A stretch of 64,000 nucleotides of DNA, from the NCBI GenBank assembly GCA_045546695.1, contig JAZQDE010000036.1, positions 46,035 to 110,034 of the forward strand, in the 5' to 3' direction. The notes under the pieces were generated by a model, which was not told the origin of the DNA, did no database searches, and saw nothing but the letters and a program-made list of their open reading frames with translations. How positions within the stretch are numbered: the stretch's first letter is position 1; every line of letters begins with the position of its first letter. The translations under genes and the position numbers were made by a program. Of this stretch, positions 10,581 through 21,029 are shown in pieces. The stretch is from Clostridia bacterium. GTDB lineage: Bacteria; Bacillota; Clostridia; UBA1212; UBA1255.

Positions 10581-12908
10581 TTACTCAGCGTCAGTAGTCT
10601 CAACGTCCTGGAGCTGTGCAGCAAGGAGGTCGCCTAAAGATGTACCGATTGAAGACTCAACGTCAGCAACAACAACGTCTTCTTTGTTTTCTTTTCTAGG
10701 CTTTCTCTCACCACGAGGCTTGCGCTCTCTTACAGGAGCTTCGCCGTTCTCGCCTTCCTGAGCTTCAGCGCGAGGCTTTCTGCGAGGTCTTTCTTTCTTT
10801 TCAGGAACGATAGGATTGCCATCTTCGTCATATTCAACAGGCTTCGGCTCCGGATTGTATTCCTGAACATCACGGATGCTGAGGTTGATCTTCTTCTCAG
10901 CGATGTTAGTATCAATAATCTTAGCCATAACCTTCTGACCAATCTTGAGGCAGTCAGCTGCGCTCTGGATTCTCTGGTTAGAAATCTGTGAAATGTGAAC
11001 GAGACCGTCAACGCCGGGAGCGATGTTTACGAATACGCCGAAAGCAACAAATCTAACAACTGTAACTTCGAGAATATCGCCAACCTGGTAGAGGTTTTCT
11101 GCGTCGAACCATGGGTTCTCTTCTGCCTTGCGGTAGCCGAGAGAAATTCTCTGCTTTTCACGGTCAAATTCAAGAACCTTAACTTCAACTTCCTGGCCTA
11201 CGCTGAGAACTTCCTTCGGATGCTTAACTCTGTTCCATGAAAGCTCTGACATATGGATAAGTCCGTCGTATCCGCCGAGATCTACGAAAGCACCGAAAGG
11301 TGTGAGGCTCTTAACAACACCGGTATATGTACCGCCGAGTTCGATCTTGCCCCAGAAAGCTTCTTCCTTCTTTGTTCTCTGCTCAACGAGGATAACTTTG
11401 CGTGAACCAACAATACGATTGTGGCCGCGTGGACCCTTTTCGAATGCTGTGATAATAACTTCGATTGTCTTGCCTACAAATGAAGAGAGGTCTCTGATGA
11501 ACTTCTCTGAAAGCTGTGATGCAGGAATGAAAATACGAACTGAACCAAGGAAAGCAACTACGCCGCCGTTAACTGCTTCAGCAACTCTTACATTAACAGG
11601 AGTCTGGTTAGCAAAAGAATCTTCAAGAAGCTTCATGTTCTTCTTGTTATCAACGCGTCTCTTAGACAAAATAGCTTCGCCGTCTTTGTCACTTACTTTG
11701 ACAACCATAGCTTCTACTTCATCGCCGATCTTAAGCTGCTCAATGTCAAATCCGGGAACTTCTTCAAACTCATCCATAGCGATGAAGCCTTCGAACTTGA
11801 AGCCTAAATCGATATAAACGCCCTTTGAATCGATCTTGCTGATAGGACCTGTAACAACCTGTCCGCTTGTAATTGTTGTGAGGCTATTATTCAATAAATC
11901 CTCAAAACTGTTCTCCGATTCGTCAGCTGCTTCTGCTGCAACTTCTGCAACTTCTTCAACAACAGCTTCTTCAACCGGTGCTACTTCGATAGCGTCCTCA
12001 GCTACAACTTCTGCAGCTTCGATAACGTCTTCTACTTTAGTAATTTCTTCGCTCATAAAACCAATGACCTCCTCGATGACCTTATCGGGCGTCGATGCAC
12101 CCGCAGTCACTCCCACTTTTTTAAATACATTTTTGCGCACACCATCCAGCTCCTTGGCTGATTCTACAAGAACAGCATCAGGGCATACTTCAAGGCTTAT
12201 GTCATATAGCTTACGAGTATTTGAACTCATCCGGCTACCGACAACAATCATAAAGTCAACTTCTGATGCAATTTTTATAGTATCCTGCTGTCGCAAAGAT
12301 GTAGCACTGCATATTGTATCAAAAAAACGCACATTGTCAAAGGAATTTTTAAAAAAATTTACAATTTCGGCGAATTTTTTTTGTGAAAAAGTAGTCTGGG
12401 CCACAACGCTATACAATATATTGTGTTTGTACTTTTCACCATTATTTAAAAAATTTTGAAATTCTTCAAAAGAGTTACAAATTTCAGCAGAATTGTCGCA
12501 AAAACCGTTAATTCCTATAACTTCGGGATGGTTCGGATCGCCGATGATGACGATTTTTCTGCCGCTTTCATATTCTCTTTTGACTAAGTCATGTATCTTG
12601 GCTACAAAGGGGCACGTAGCGTCGATGATTTCGTATCCCTTTTCACGAAGCCCCTCGTAAACAACGGGCGCCACACCATGCGCGCGGATAATCACCTTAT
12701 CCCCATCGCCGGCAGGCGCAAGTGCGTCCAGATTGTTTACCGTCTTAAGTCCCATGCCGGCAAGTTCGTCTGTCACAGTCTGATTGTGAATCAGCTCGCC
12801 GTAACAAAAGACTTTGCGATCATTGTTTTCAACAGCGGCGTATGCTGTTTTGACAGCTTTTGCCACGCCGAAACAAAATCCTGCAGACGGAACCTTAATT
12901 ATTTCCAT
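10581..12908 (-). CDS. ispH-rpsA: Bifunctional IspH (HMBPP reductase) / ribosomal protein S1 fusion
   Basis: GFCFGV, LIHN, IRAHG, DATCPFV, TICSAT, SSNT, TAGASTP, followed by four S1 repeats (GAFVDLGGYDGLIHMSELSW). Confidence 0.95.
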   Translation of the reverse strand: MEIIKVPSAGFCFGVAKAVKTAYAAVENNDRKVFCYGELIHNQTVTDELAGMGLKTVNNLDALAPAGDGDKVIIRAHGVAPVVYEGLREKGYEIIDATCPFVAKIHDLVKREYESGRKIVIIGDPNHPEVIGINGFCDNSAEICNSFEEFQNFLNNGEKYKHNILYSVVAQTTFSQKKFAEIVNFFKNSFDNVRFFDTICSATSLRQQDTIKIASEVDFMIVVGSRMSSNTRKLYDISLEVCPDAVLVESAKELDGVRKNVFKKVGVTAGASTPDKVIEEVIGFMSEEITKVEDVIEAAEVVAEDAIEVAPVEEAVVEEVAEVAAEAADESENSFEDLLNNSLTTITSGQVVTGPISKIDSKGVYIDLGFKFEGFIAMDEFEEVPGFDIEQLKIGDEVEAMVVKVSDKDGEAILSKRRVDNKKNMKLLEDSFANQTPVNVRVAEAVNGGVVAFLGSVRIFIPASQLSEKFIRDLSSFVGKTIEVIITAFEKGPRGHNRIVGSRKVILVEQRTKKEEAFWGKIELGGTYTGVVKSLTPFGAFVDLGGYDGLIHMSELSWNRVKHPKEVLSVGQEVEVKVLEFDREKQRISLGYRKAEENPWFDAENLYQVGDILEVTVVRFVAFGVFVNIAPGVDGLVHISQISNQRIQSAADCLKIGQKVMAKIIDTNIAEKKINLSIRDVQEYNPEPKPVEYDEDGNPIVPEKKERPRRKPRAEAQEGENGEAPVRERKPRGERKPRKENKEDVVVADVESSIGTSLGDLLAAQLQDVETTDAE

Positions 12909-13509
12909 CTTCTACCTCCATAAGAGCGTAGCATTTTTCTAATATTTCACGTGAAAATTCCATATAATCCGCCTTGGTGAAAGGATGTTCGGGATCGTTT
13001 TTGGGAAGATAATATGGGTCGCCGAATCTTACGTATACTTTGCCGAAAAGTCTGTATTTGCCCCAGACAGCAACCGGCTGAACGGGAACGCCCGCTTCTA
13101 TTGCAAACTTTGCAACGCCTGCATGCGTTTTGCCCGGCTTCGTGGCATCTTTGTGGCGTGTGCCTTCCGGGAAAATACCAACGAGCTCGCCCTGCTGCAG
13201 AAGATGAAGTGCCGTCTTTGCCGCGCCTACATCCGCACAACCGCGGTCTACGGGAAACGCGCCGCAACTTCTGATAAATTTACCAAAAAGCTTGTTTTTG
13301 AAAAGCTCTTTTTTGGCCATCCAGTTAAGATATCTCGGTGCTTTTACGCCAATCATAATCATGTCGAGCATTGACTTGTGGTTTGATGCTATCATTCCGC
13401 CGCCTTCCGGTATCAGTTTTTCAACGTCATAGACTTTGAGTCTGATAAATACATGGCAAATAATGTTAGCCAACACTCTATAGAATTCCATCAATTTCCT
13501 TTTTTTCAT
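12895..13509 (-). CDS. plsC: 1-acyl-sn-glycerol-3-phosphate acyltransferase
   Basis: NHKSMLD, AFPVDRG, FPEGTR; cmk-plsC-ispH synteny. Confidence 0.92.
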   Translation of the reverse strand: MKKRKLMEFYRVLANIICHVFIRLKVYDVEKLIPEGGGMIASNHKSMLDMIMIGVKAPRYLNWMAKKELFKNKLFGKFIRSCGAFPVDRGCADVGAAKTALHLLQQGELVGIFPEGTRHKDATKPGKTHAGVAKFAIEAGVPVQPVAVWGKYRLFGKVYVRFGDPYYLPKNDPEHPFTKADYMEFSREILEKCYALMEVEDGNN

Positions 13510-14189
13510 AAATTGATCTTCTTTCTTACTATATTTATTATGGCATCTACGCTCTGTTGTCTGTCGAGGTCAGATGTGTCGAGGAAAACGGCGTCTTCTG
13601 CCTGTCGGAGCGGTGAAACGGCTCTGTTCATGTCGTTGTCGTCGCGTCTGTTTATGTCTTCGAGGACTTCTTCGTACGTAACTTTGTCGCCTTTTTCGAT
13701 GAGTTCTTTATATCTGCGGTCAGCTCTCGCCTCGCGGCTTGCAGTCAGATATATTTTCACTTCCGCATCGGGAAGCACGCACGTACCGATATCGCGTCCG
13801 TCCATAACAACACTCTTGCCTGCAGCAATTTTTCTTTGAAGGTCAACGAGTTTTACGCGCACCTCCGGGATTTTTGATATGTCGGAGGCTTTCATGGACA
13901 CCCATGGCTCTCTGATTGTGAGTGAAACGTCTTCGCCGTTGAGTGATACGGTCTGCTGTCCGTCTTCGTATGCGATTCCGATATCAAGAGAATCAAGAAG
14001 CGGGATAACGTTTTCACGGTCGTTTACGTCAATTCCCTTGCGTGTGGCATACACGGCTGCGGCGCGGTACATAGCGCCCGTGTCAAGATATGTAATTTTC
14101 AGCTGCTCAGCAAGTCTTTTTGCCGTTGAACTTTTGCCCGCGCCTGAAGGTCCGTCGATTGCAATTGCAAAGCATTTTTTGTCTTCCAT
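13506..14189 (-). CDS. cmk: Cytidylate kinase
   Basis: IAIDGPSGAGKSS, LDTGAMYRA, MDGRDIG. Confidence 0.97.
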   Translation of the reverse strand: MEDKKCFAIAIDGPSGAGKSSTAKRLAEQLKITYLDTGAMYRAAAVYATRKGIDVNDRENVIPLLDSLDIGIAYEDGQQTVSLNGEDVSLTIREPWVSMKASDISKIPEVRVKLVDLQRKIAAGKSVVMDGRDIGTCVLPDAEVKIYLTASREARADRRYKELIEKGDKVTYEEVLEDINRRDDNDMNRAVSPLRQAEDAVFLDTSDLDRQQSVDAIINIVRKKINL

Positions 14190-14203
14190 ATTCTACCTGC
14201 CTT

Positions 14204-15493
14204 TTATTGTCTGATCTGCCCTTTACCGTTGATTATATATTTATATGTTGTAAGTTCGCTAAGGCCCATCGGTCCTCTTGCGTGGAGCTTCTGGTTGCTG
14301 ATGCCGATCTCTGCGCCGAGTCCGAATTCAAATCCATCTGTGAAACGTGTCGATGCGTTTACGTATACGCATGATGCGTCTACCAGTTCCTGGAATCTGA
14401 CTGCTGTTGTGAAATTCTCTGTGATTATTGCTTCTGAGTGTCTTGTTCCGTGCGCGTTGATGTGGGCAATCGCTTCGTCTGCGTCGTCGACAATTTTCAC
14501 AGCGAGGATGTAATCGTTGTATTCTGTATCCCAGTCTTCTTCTTTTGCGTCGATTACGTAAGACATGTCGATGTCATCGCAGCCGGAATCTTTCAAGGCT
14601 GCCATTGTCTTTTCACAGACGCGGAGCTGAGTCTTTCTTTCGATGAGTTCGCGTGCCATAGCAGGCAGGAAAATGTCTGCGATAACACTGTTTACGAGGA
14701 CTGTTTCTACTGCATTGCAGACTGACGGTCTTTGTGTCTTGGCATTTATGACTACGTCGAGTGCCATTTTGAAGTCTGCGTCTTCGTCTACATAAATATG
14801 GCAATTGCCGGTGCCTGTCTGGATTACCGGAACAGTTGAGTTCTTTACGACTGTTTCGATGAGTCCTTTGCCACCTCTTGGAATAAGAACGTCAACGTAT
14901 TTATTGAGCTGCATAAGTTCTGTTGCGACTTCTCTTGCTGTGTTGTCGATGAGCTGTACGCAGTCGGGGCTGACGCCGTTTGCTTCAAGTGCATCGGCGA
15001 AGATTTTTGCTACTGCGAGGTTTGAGTTGATGGCTTCTTTGCCGCCTCTTAAGATGCAGGCGTTGCCTGATTTGATGCAAAGGCCGGCTGCGTCTGCAGT
15101 TACGTTTGGTCTTGCTTCAAATATGATGCCAAGAACTCCCAGCGGTACTGATTTTTTTACGATTTGCAGTCCATTTTCACATGTATTGCCGCCGAGTACG
15201 TTGCCTACCGGGTCTTTTAATGCCATAAGCTGGATGAGACCTTCTGCCATGCCTTCGAGTCTTGCCGGTGTAAGGCGGAGTCTGTCTTGCATCGATGTGC
15301 TCATGCCGTTTGATTTTGCATTTTCAAGGTCAATGTTGTTCGCTGCGATGATTTCTTCGCTGCGGCTTATGAGCATGTCGGCTGCCGTCTTCAGAATGTC
15401 GTTTTTAATTTTTACGGGCAGCGTTGCGAGCTGCATTGATGCAGCTTTTGCCTTTTTACCATAATTTTCAAGATATTCAGTGTACTGTGACAT
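14204..15493 (-). CDS. proA: Gamma-glutamyl phosphate reductase
   Basis: FEARPNVT, CNAVET, NASTRFTDG, QKLHARGPMG. Confidence 0.97.
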   Translation of the reverse strand: MSQYTEYLENYGKKAKAASMQLATLPVKIKNDILKTAADMLISRSEEIIAANNIDLENAKSNGMSTSMQDRLRLTPARLEGMAEGLIQLMALKDPVGNVLGGNTCENGLQIVKKSVPLGVLGIIFEARPNVTADAAGLCIKSGNACILRGGKEAINSNLAVAKIFADALEANGVSPDCVQLIDNTAREVATELMQLNKYVDVLIPRGGKGLIETVVKNSTVPVIQTGTGNCHIYVDEDADFKMALDVVINAKTQRPSVCNAVETVLVNSVIADIFLPAMARELIERKTQLRVCEKTMAALKDSGCDDIDMSYVIDAKEEDWDTEYNDYILAVKIVDDADEAIAHINAHGTRHSEAIITENFTTAVRFQELVDASCVYVNASTRFTDGFEFGLGAEIGISNQKLHARGPMGLSELTTYKYIINGKGQIRQ

Positions 15494-15495
15494 AA

Positions 15496-16329
15496 TTAAT
15501 CTTCCTTTCTGCGGGCAACGAACAGTGTGCCGACGTCTCTGCCTTCCAGAATTTTATATATAACTCTCGGGTCGTCGCCGTTTGCGATGACAGCGTTTGT
15601 GCCTTTTGCTGCGGCGAGTCTGCTGGCGTGTACTTTTGTGAGCATGCCGCCTGTGCCGAGATTGCTTCCGGCGCCGCCTGCTACTTCTTCTATTTTTTCA
15701 GACAAGTCTTCGATCGTGTGATATAAGACTGCGTGCGGGTCTTCGTTTGGATTGTTTGAGTAAAAACCGTCAATATCTGTCAGAATAATGAGCAAATCTG
15801 CCTCGTTGAGTGTCGCAACCAGATATGAAAGCGTGTCGTTGTCGCCGAATTTGATCTCGTCTACGGCGATAGTGTCGTTTTCGTTAACGATCGGCACGAT
15901 GCGCATTTTGAGAAGTTCTTTAAATGTGTTTACAGAGTGTTTTCTTGCGTCTTCGAGGTCGAGTACGTTTTTTGTAAGCAGTATCTGTCCTACTGAAAAG
16001 CCATAATCTGAGAATGCCATGCTGTAGAGCTTCATCAGGTCAACCTGTCCGACAGCAGCAACGGCCTGGCGGCCTTCTACAGTTTTTGGTTTTTCGGGGA
16101 GTCTGAGCATCTTGACGCCTACGCCAATCGCGCCGGACGAAACAAGTATTACGTCCAGTCCGTGGTTCATGAGGTCTGAGATGATTTCTGACAATTTATG
16201 GATACGTTTGATGTTTATGCCGCCTTCTTTGTACATTAATGAAGAGGTGCCGATTTTGATAACGACTTTTTTCGTATCTTTGAGTTTTTCTCTATATTCT
16301 GCCTCGCGGGCTTTGTCTACTATATCCAT
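15496..16329 (-). CDS. proB: Glutamate 5-kinase (no PUA domain)
   Basis: VIKIGTSSL, VSSGAI, NEND, FGDNDTL, GTGGMLTK. Confidence 0.96.
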   Translation of the reverse strand: MDIVDKAREAEYREKLKDTKKVVIKIGTSSLMYKEGGINIKRIHKLSEIISDLMNHGLDVILVSSGAIGVGVKMLRLPEKPKTVEGRQAVAAVGQVDLMKLYSMAFSDYGFSVGQILLTKNVLDLEDARKHSVNTFKELLKMRIVPIVNENDTIAVDEIKFGDNDTLSYLVATLNEADLLIILTDIDGFYSNNPNEDPHAVLYHTIEDLSEKIEEVAGGAGSNLGTGGMLTKVHASRLAAAKGTNAVIANGDDPRVIYKILEGRDVGTLFVARRKED

Positions 16330-16390
16330 TGTGAAACCTTCTTAATTAAAAATAGTCCAAAGTTGATAATATCAACGATGGACGTTTTTG

Positions 16391-17026
16391 TCAATTATTC
16401 TGTGGCCTGTATGCGAACATAAAATCGTTTATCGGCTCGCACATTGGCTGGACGCTCTGGATTCTGTGGTCCGATCCGCAGTCGTATCTGTAATAGTCTG
16501 TGTCGTTTGCTTTGCCTGCGCACATGAATGTGTGTGACGCGTATTCTACGCCTTTGCCGGAAGTTTTTGGTATTACGAATACGATGTCGCCGGCCTGCAG
16601 GTCGTCTTTGTTTTCTATGCGTGAAAAGCCGTGTTTTTCACAGAATGTGGGAAGGTCGTGTGCCGGATCTGCCGAGCAGTATACGTAAAGTCCGTTTGCC
16701 TCAGGCTGGTCTGTCATTCCAATATTATACAGTACCCAGCCGACGAAACGGTCGCAGCTTACTGTTTTTTCGCTCTCGTTTATTGCCGGATTGAGCATCG
16801 CATGGCCGTATCTGAAGCCCGTCGTGCGTACGTGGTCGGTGATTTTTTTGCCTTCTGCGAGCATTTTTGTCACTTTTTCGCTGTATGGTGCGTAAATGAT
16901 TTTGCCGTTTTCATCGTAGACCCTGTATCCGCAGGCAGCATTGTCGTCTGCGGTTTTTTTCGCATTTTGAAGGTCGGGGTTGGTGAAAATTTCCAGTTGT
17001 GTGTTTTCGGACTTTATAGTGTACAT
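16391..17026 (-). CDS. Putative NlpC/P60-superfamily peptidoglycan amidohydrolase
   Basis: VSCDRFV (Cys), LQAGDIVF and SHTF (His); N-terminal YRVYDENGKIIY module resembles clostridial cell-wall hydrolases; AGGAGG RBS before ATG 17026. Confidence 0.55.
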   Translation of the reverse strand: MYTIKSENTQLEIFTNPDLQNAKKTADDNAACGYRVYDENGKIIYAPYSEKVTKMLAEGKKITDHVRTTGFRYGHAMLNPAINESEKTVSCDRFVGWVLYNIGMTDQPEANGLYVYCSADPAHDLPTFCEKHGFSRIENKDDLQAGDIVFVIPKTSGKGVEYASHTFMCAGKANDTDYYRYDCGSDHRIQSVQPMCEPINDFMFAYRPQNN

Positions 17027-17139
17027 ATTTGTCGCCCTCCTGCTATGTGCTGGTGATATTTTAAACCAGGCGGTGGAATTTGTCAAAAGGATGTGGGCGC
17101 GGGCGTGGGCGGCGTGGGCGTGGGCGTGGGCGGAAAGCG

Positions 17140-17246
17140 ATATATATGAAAAGTCAAATTTTTGGTACTGTTAAGAATTATGAACATAGGCATACCTTTT
17201 TTTCAGTATTTTGAACAGTACCAAAAAAATCGGTTTTGATATATAT
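17140..17246. repeat. Long imperfect inverted repeat (about 50-bp arms)
   Basis: atatatatgaaaag..tttttggtactgtt pairs with aacagtaccaaaaa..ttttgatatatat. Confidence 0.75.
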
Positions 17247-17366
17247 GCCCTGATGGCCTCCCACCCCCATATAAAATTCACAATTTATACATTGACTTTA
17301 TCGTACATTGTGGTAGCATTGCATGGTTTCGTTTGAAACTATTATTCAGAAGGAAGATGTTTCGGA

Positions 17367-18470
17367 TTGGTAAGTTTTGTAAAAAAGAACACAGTTTTGA
17401 TGATAGCATTGCTGCTTGCGGGAATATCCATGATTATCGTGCCGCCCGACAAGGCCTACGCCGGATACATCGACTTCAAAACAATCAGCTGCCTGTTTTG
17501 CGTTTCGGCAGTCGTAATGGCACTCGGCGACATTGATTTTTTTACATTTCTTGCCAGGAAAATTATTACAATCGCGGGCAGTCTGAGAAGCGCGGTGCTC
17601 GGAATTGTTTATATAACATTTATTGGCTCTATGCTCATTGCAAACGACATGGCGCTGCTTACTTTTCTGCCGCTTGGCTATATCGTGCTTCATAAGACGA
17701 ACAACGACAGGCATATGGCTTTTATGTTCATTATGCAGAACATTGCGGCAAACCTCGGCGGTATGCTGACACCTTTTGGCAATCCCCAGAATCTGTATTT
17801 ATATACGTATTACGATATTCCGACGAGCCAGTTTATGGCAGTTATGCTGCTACCTTTCCTGTTTGCAATCGGTCTGATCACACTTGCATGCTTCGTTTTT
17901 GTCAGAAACGAAAAGCTCACGATGGACCGTTTTGACGCGATTGTCCTGCCCCGCAGAAATACCATTATTTACCTGGTATTATTTGTTTTGTCCATATTGA
18001 TTGTGTTCAGATTTATTCCATATATTGTCGGCGTTGCAATCGTGACCGGCGGTGTGTTCATTTTTGACAGACACGCGCTTAAGAAGGTTGACTACCCGTT
18101 GCTGCTGACATTTATTGCCTTCTTTATTTTTGCAGGAAACCTCTCCAGAATTGATGCTGTCAGCGATTTTATTTCACCACTTCTTGGTAAAAATACTTTG
18201 TCGGCATCGGCTTTGAGTTGCCAGTTTATGTCAAACGTACCGTCTGCCATTTTGTTTTCACAGTTTACCGATAACTGGAAGGAATTGCTTCTTGGCGTTA
18301 ACATCGGTGGCACAGGCACTTTGATTGCATCGCTGGCGTCACTGATTACTTTCAGACAGTTTTCAACGTATTATCCAAATAAAAAAGGCAAATATTTCCT
18401 GGAATTTACCGGAATAAACTTTGCCTTCCTTGCTCTTATGATTGTGTTCTGCTCTGTTGTCATTTTATAA
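17367..18470 (+). CDS. ArsB/NhaD/citrate-transporter superfamily anion permease
   Basis: IANDMAL, NLGGMLTPFGNPQNLY, SNVPSA, VNIGGTGTLIASLASL. Confidence 0.88.
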   Translation: MVSFVKKNTVLMIALLLAGISMIIVPPDKAYAGYIDFKTISCLFCVSAVVMALGDIDFFTFLARKIITIAGSLRSAVLGIVYITFIGSMLIANDMALLTFLPLGYIVLHKTNNDRHMAFMFIMQNIAANLGGMLTPFGNPQNLYLYTYYDIPTSQFMAVMLLPFLFAIGLITLACFVFVRNEKLTMDRFDAIVLPRRNTIIYLVLFVLSILIVFRFIPYIVGVAIVTGGVFIFDRHALKKVDYPLLLTFIAFFIFAGNLSRIDAVSDFISPLLGKNTLSASALSCQFMSNVPSAILFSQFTDNWKELLLGVNIGGTGTLIASLASLITFRQFSTYYPNKKGKYFLEFTGINFAFLALMIVFCSVVIL

Positions 18471-18474
18471 CAGC

Positions 18475-19215
18475 TTATAACAGCGCGTTGATTTCCTTTT
18501 TGTATTCCAGGAATTCTGACGTCAGGTCAAAGCCCTGTCTGTCTTCCCTTTTTTTGGAAATCCGTACGCACGAGCGGATGATGGCGCCGTCCGGGCTATC
18601 ACCGAGGACGTAGACTTTGTCCGACATGTACACGGCCTCGTCGATGTCGTGCGTGATCATCAATGTCGATTGGTTGTATTTTTGTGAAATATCGAGATAC
18701 CAACTGTGCATTTTTGCTTTTGTGAGCGAGTCGAGTGCGGAAAAAGGCTCATCCAGGAGCATGATTTCCGGCGAATAAAGGTATGTGCGAAGCAGTCCTG
18801 CCCGCTGGCGCATGCCGCCCGAAATCGCTTTCGGGTATAGTTTTTCAGCGCCTTCCAGACCAAAAAGTGGAAAATATTTCAGCGCCTCCTCGCGGGCGTC
18901 TTTCTTTTTCCTGCCCTTGATGAGCAAGGGCAGGATTACGTTGTCGAGCAATGTTCTGTGTTCGAGAAGCAAATCTTTCTGGAAACTATATCCAACAATG
19001 CCGGTTTTGCCGGTAACGTCGGTGCCATCTATCAGCACGCTGCCGCTGTCTGGCTCTGTCATGCCCGCGATCACGTTAAACAGCGTACTTTTGCCTACGC
19101 CACTTTCTCCCAGCAGCGACACGATCTCGTTTTCCGCCACTTCAAGTGAAATATCTTTTATGATGGTGCGTCCGTCAAATGATTTGGTTACATTTTTTGT
19201 CTCAAGTTTGTTCAT
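18475..19215 (-). CDS. ABC transporter ATP-binding subunit (ThiZ-like)
   Basis: GESGVGKS, ISGGMRQR, LLDEPFSALD, ITHD. Confidence 0.92.
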   Translation of the reverse strand: MNKLETKNVTKSFDGRTIIKDISLEVAENEIVSLLGESGVGKSTLFNVIAGMTEPDSGSVLIDGTDVTGKTGIVGYSFQKDLLLEHRTLLDNVILPLLIKGRKKKDAREEALKYFPLFGLEGAEKLYPKAISGGMRQRAGLLRTYLYSPEIMLLDEPFSALDSLTKAKMHSWYLDISQKYNQSTLMITHDIDEAVYMSDKVYVLGDSPDGAIIRSCVRISKKREDRQGFDLTSEFLEYKKEINALL

Positions 19216-19250
19216 GTATTTGCTTCCCTTTGTTTTCTTTTGTTTCCATA

Positions 19251-20237
19251 TTATGGTAAAAAGTCGTTTGTGAAGCCGGCGTTGTCCGGAATCTCGTCTG
19301 TTACCAGTTTTTCATCTTCGAGCCATGTGAAAAATCCGTTCCATCTGGCAGCGTCGATATATCCCCACTTCGGTGCGTCGTCTATGTATTTGTCTTTGAG
19401 CCAGAGCTGGCTTGCATACACGTGGTCGTAGTCGAGTTCGGGCACAGCCTTACAGATAATGTCAGCCGCCTCTTTTGGATTTTCACAGGCATATTTATAG
19501 CCTTTTGAAACAGCTTCCATAAATTTCTTTGCGGTGTCCGGGTGTTTTTCCAGGTAGTCGTTGTTGCCAATTATTACCGGTGTGTAGTAGTCAAATACGG
19601 GATTGATGTCTTTGAATGCGAAGTAGTCTATCTCGTAGTTGTTTACTTCTGTCGCAACGCCTGCCCACGCGTAATATATCCATAAACAGTCAACTGTGCC
19701 GGATTTGAGTGCTGATATTTCATCTGTCACCGTGCTGGGAATCATCGTTACTTTGCTGTAGTCGCCGCCGTCTTTTTCAACGACGTTTTTGATGATTGCC
19801 TGCTCTATCGGCCACTGCCACGTAGCGTATTTCATGCCTTCCATGCCTTTCGGGCTTGTGGCGCCCTCGCCTTTGCGGGACATGATGCCTGACGTGTTGT
19901 GCTGGATCACCGCCGCCACTGCCGTGATGGGCAGTTTGTTTTCACCGCTGACAATTGTTGCCATATTGTCCTGGAAAGAAACGCCAAATTGTGCTCTGCC
20001 TGATGCGACGAGCATTTCGGCGCCGTCTTCAGGCGGCTGCGCGATTGTTACGTTGATGCCGGCCGCTTTGAAGTATCCGAGTGCCTGGGCTACGTATATT
20101 CCTGTGTGGTTCGTGTTCGGGGTCCAGTCGAGGACGAATGTTATATCTGTTGCTTCTTTTTGTGTGCTGCATGCCGGCAGAAACATTGTTACCGCGAGGC
20201 AGAGTACCAAAATGAGTATTATGTTGTGCTTTTTCAT
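19251..20237 (-). CDS. NMT1/THI5-family substrate-binding lipoprotein (ThiY-like, hydroxymethylpyrimidine precursor uptake)
   Basis: Lipobox LPAC; LDWTPNTNHTG; downstream of a TPP riboswitch. Confidence 0.9.
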   Translation of the reverse strand: MKKHNIILILVLCLAVTMFLPACSTQKEATDITFVLDWTPNTNHTGIYVAQALGYFKAAGINVTIAQPPEDGAEMLVASGRAQFGVSFQDNMATIVSGENKLPITAVAAVIQHNTSGIMSRKGEGATSPKGMEGMKYATWQWPIEQAIIKNVVEKDGGDYSKVTMIPSTVTDEISALKSGTVDCLWIYYAWAGVATEVNNYEIDYFAFKDINPVFDYYTPVIIGNNDYLEKHPDTAKKFMEAVSKGYKYACENPKEAADIICKAVPELDYDHVYASQLWLKDKYIDDAPKWGYIDAARWNGFFTWLEDEKLVTDEIPDNAGFTNDFLP

Positions 20238-20240
20238 ATT

Positions 20241-21029
20241 TCAGTCTTCTCCTTTTTTTGTAATTTGTTCCCACGGTGTCATTTTTTTGTGCGCGAATGA
20301 TATGATTCCCATCAAAATCAGACTCAGGAGTGATATCAATATTATTACTGCAAACATTTTGTCGTATTGGTATGCTTTTTTCACGCGTGTCATGTATACG
20401 CCGAGTCCTTCGAAGCCTCCGAGCCATTCGGATATTACCGCGCCTACGATTGAGTACGAGGCGGATATTTTCAGTGCCGAGAAGAATGGTGTGATGGCGC
20501 CGGGTATTTTCACATATCCAAATATTTGTATTTTGCTTGCGCCCATTGAGCGCAGCAGGTTGATGCAATCTCTGTCGCATGAGCTGAAGCCTTCGAACAG
20601 TCCGATTGCGATCGGGAAAAATGTTGTGAGTACTATCAATATTACTTTTGGCAGCATTTCGTATCCGAACCAGAGTACGAGCAGCGGCGCGATTGCTACT
20701 GTCGGTATGGTCTGTGATATGACGAGGAGTGGGTACGTGATTTTTTTGAGTAATTTGAATGAATCCATCATTACCGCAAGGATGAAACCCGTCGCGACTC
20801 CTATTGCCAGGCCCAAAAGTGCCTCTGTGAGTGTGGTTTTTGTGTGTTGCATGAGTAGCGCGAAGTCTTCTACGAGTGCTTTTGCGACTTCTACGGGTGA
20901 CGGCAGCATGAAGCCCGGCACGAGTTTCATTGCGCACACGAGTTGCCACACTCCGATAAGAATGAGTATTCCTACCAGGGCGTATGTTTTTTTGAGTATT
21001 CTTTTGATTGAGGTTTTCATTTTCTGCAA
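20241..21029 (-). CDS. ABC transporter permease (ThiX-like)
   Basis: LPSP, SQTIPTVAIAPLLVLWFG, SMGAS (EAA loop), EWLGG. Confidence 0.9.
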   Translation of the reverse strand: MQKMKTSIKRILKKTYALVGILILIGVWQLVCAMKLVPGFMLPSPVEVAKALVEDFALLMQHTKTTLTEALLGLAIGVATGFILAVMMDSFKLLKKITYPLLVISQTIPTVAIAPLLVLWFGYEMLPKVILIVLTTFFPIAIGLFEGFSSCDRDCINLLRSMGASKIQIFGYVKIPGAITPFFSALKISASYSIVGAVISEWLGGFEGLGVYMTRVKKAYQYDKMFAVIILISLLSLILMGIISFAHKKMTPWEQITKKGED

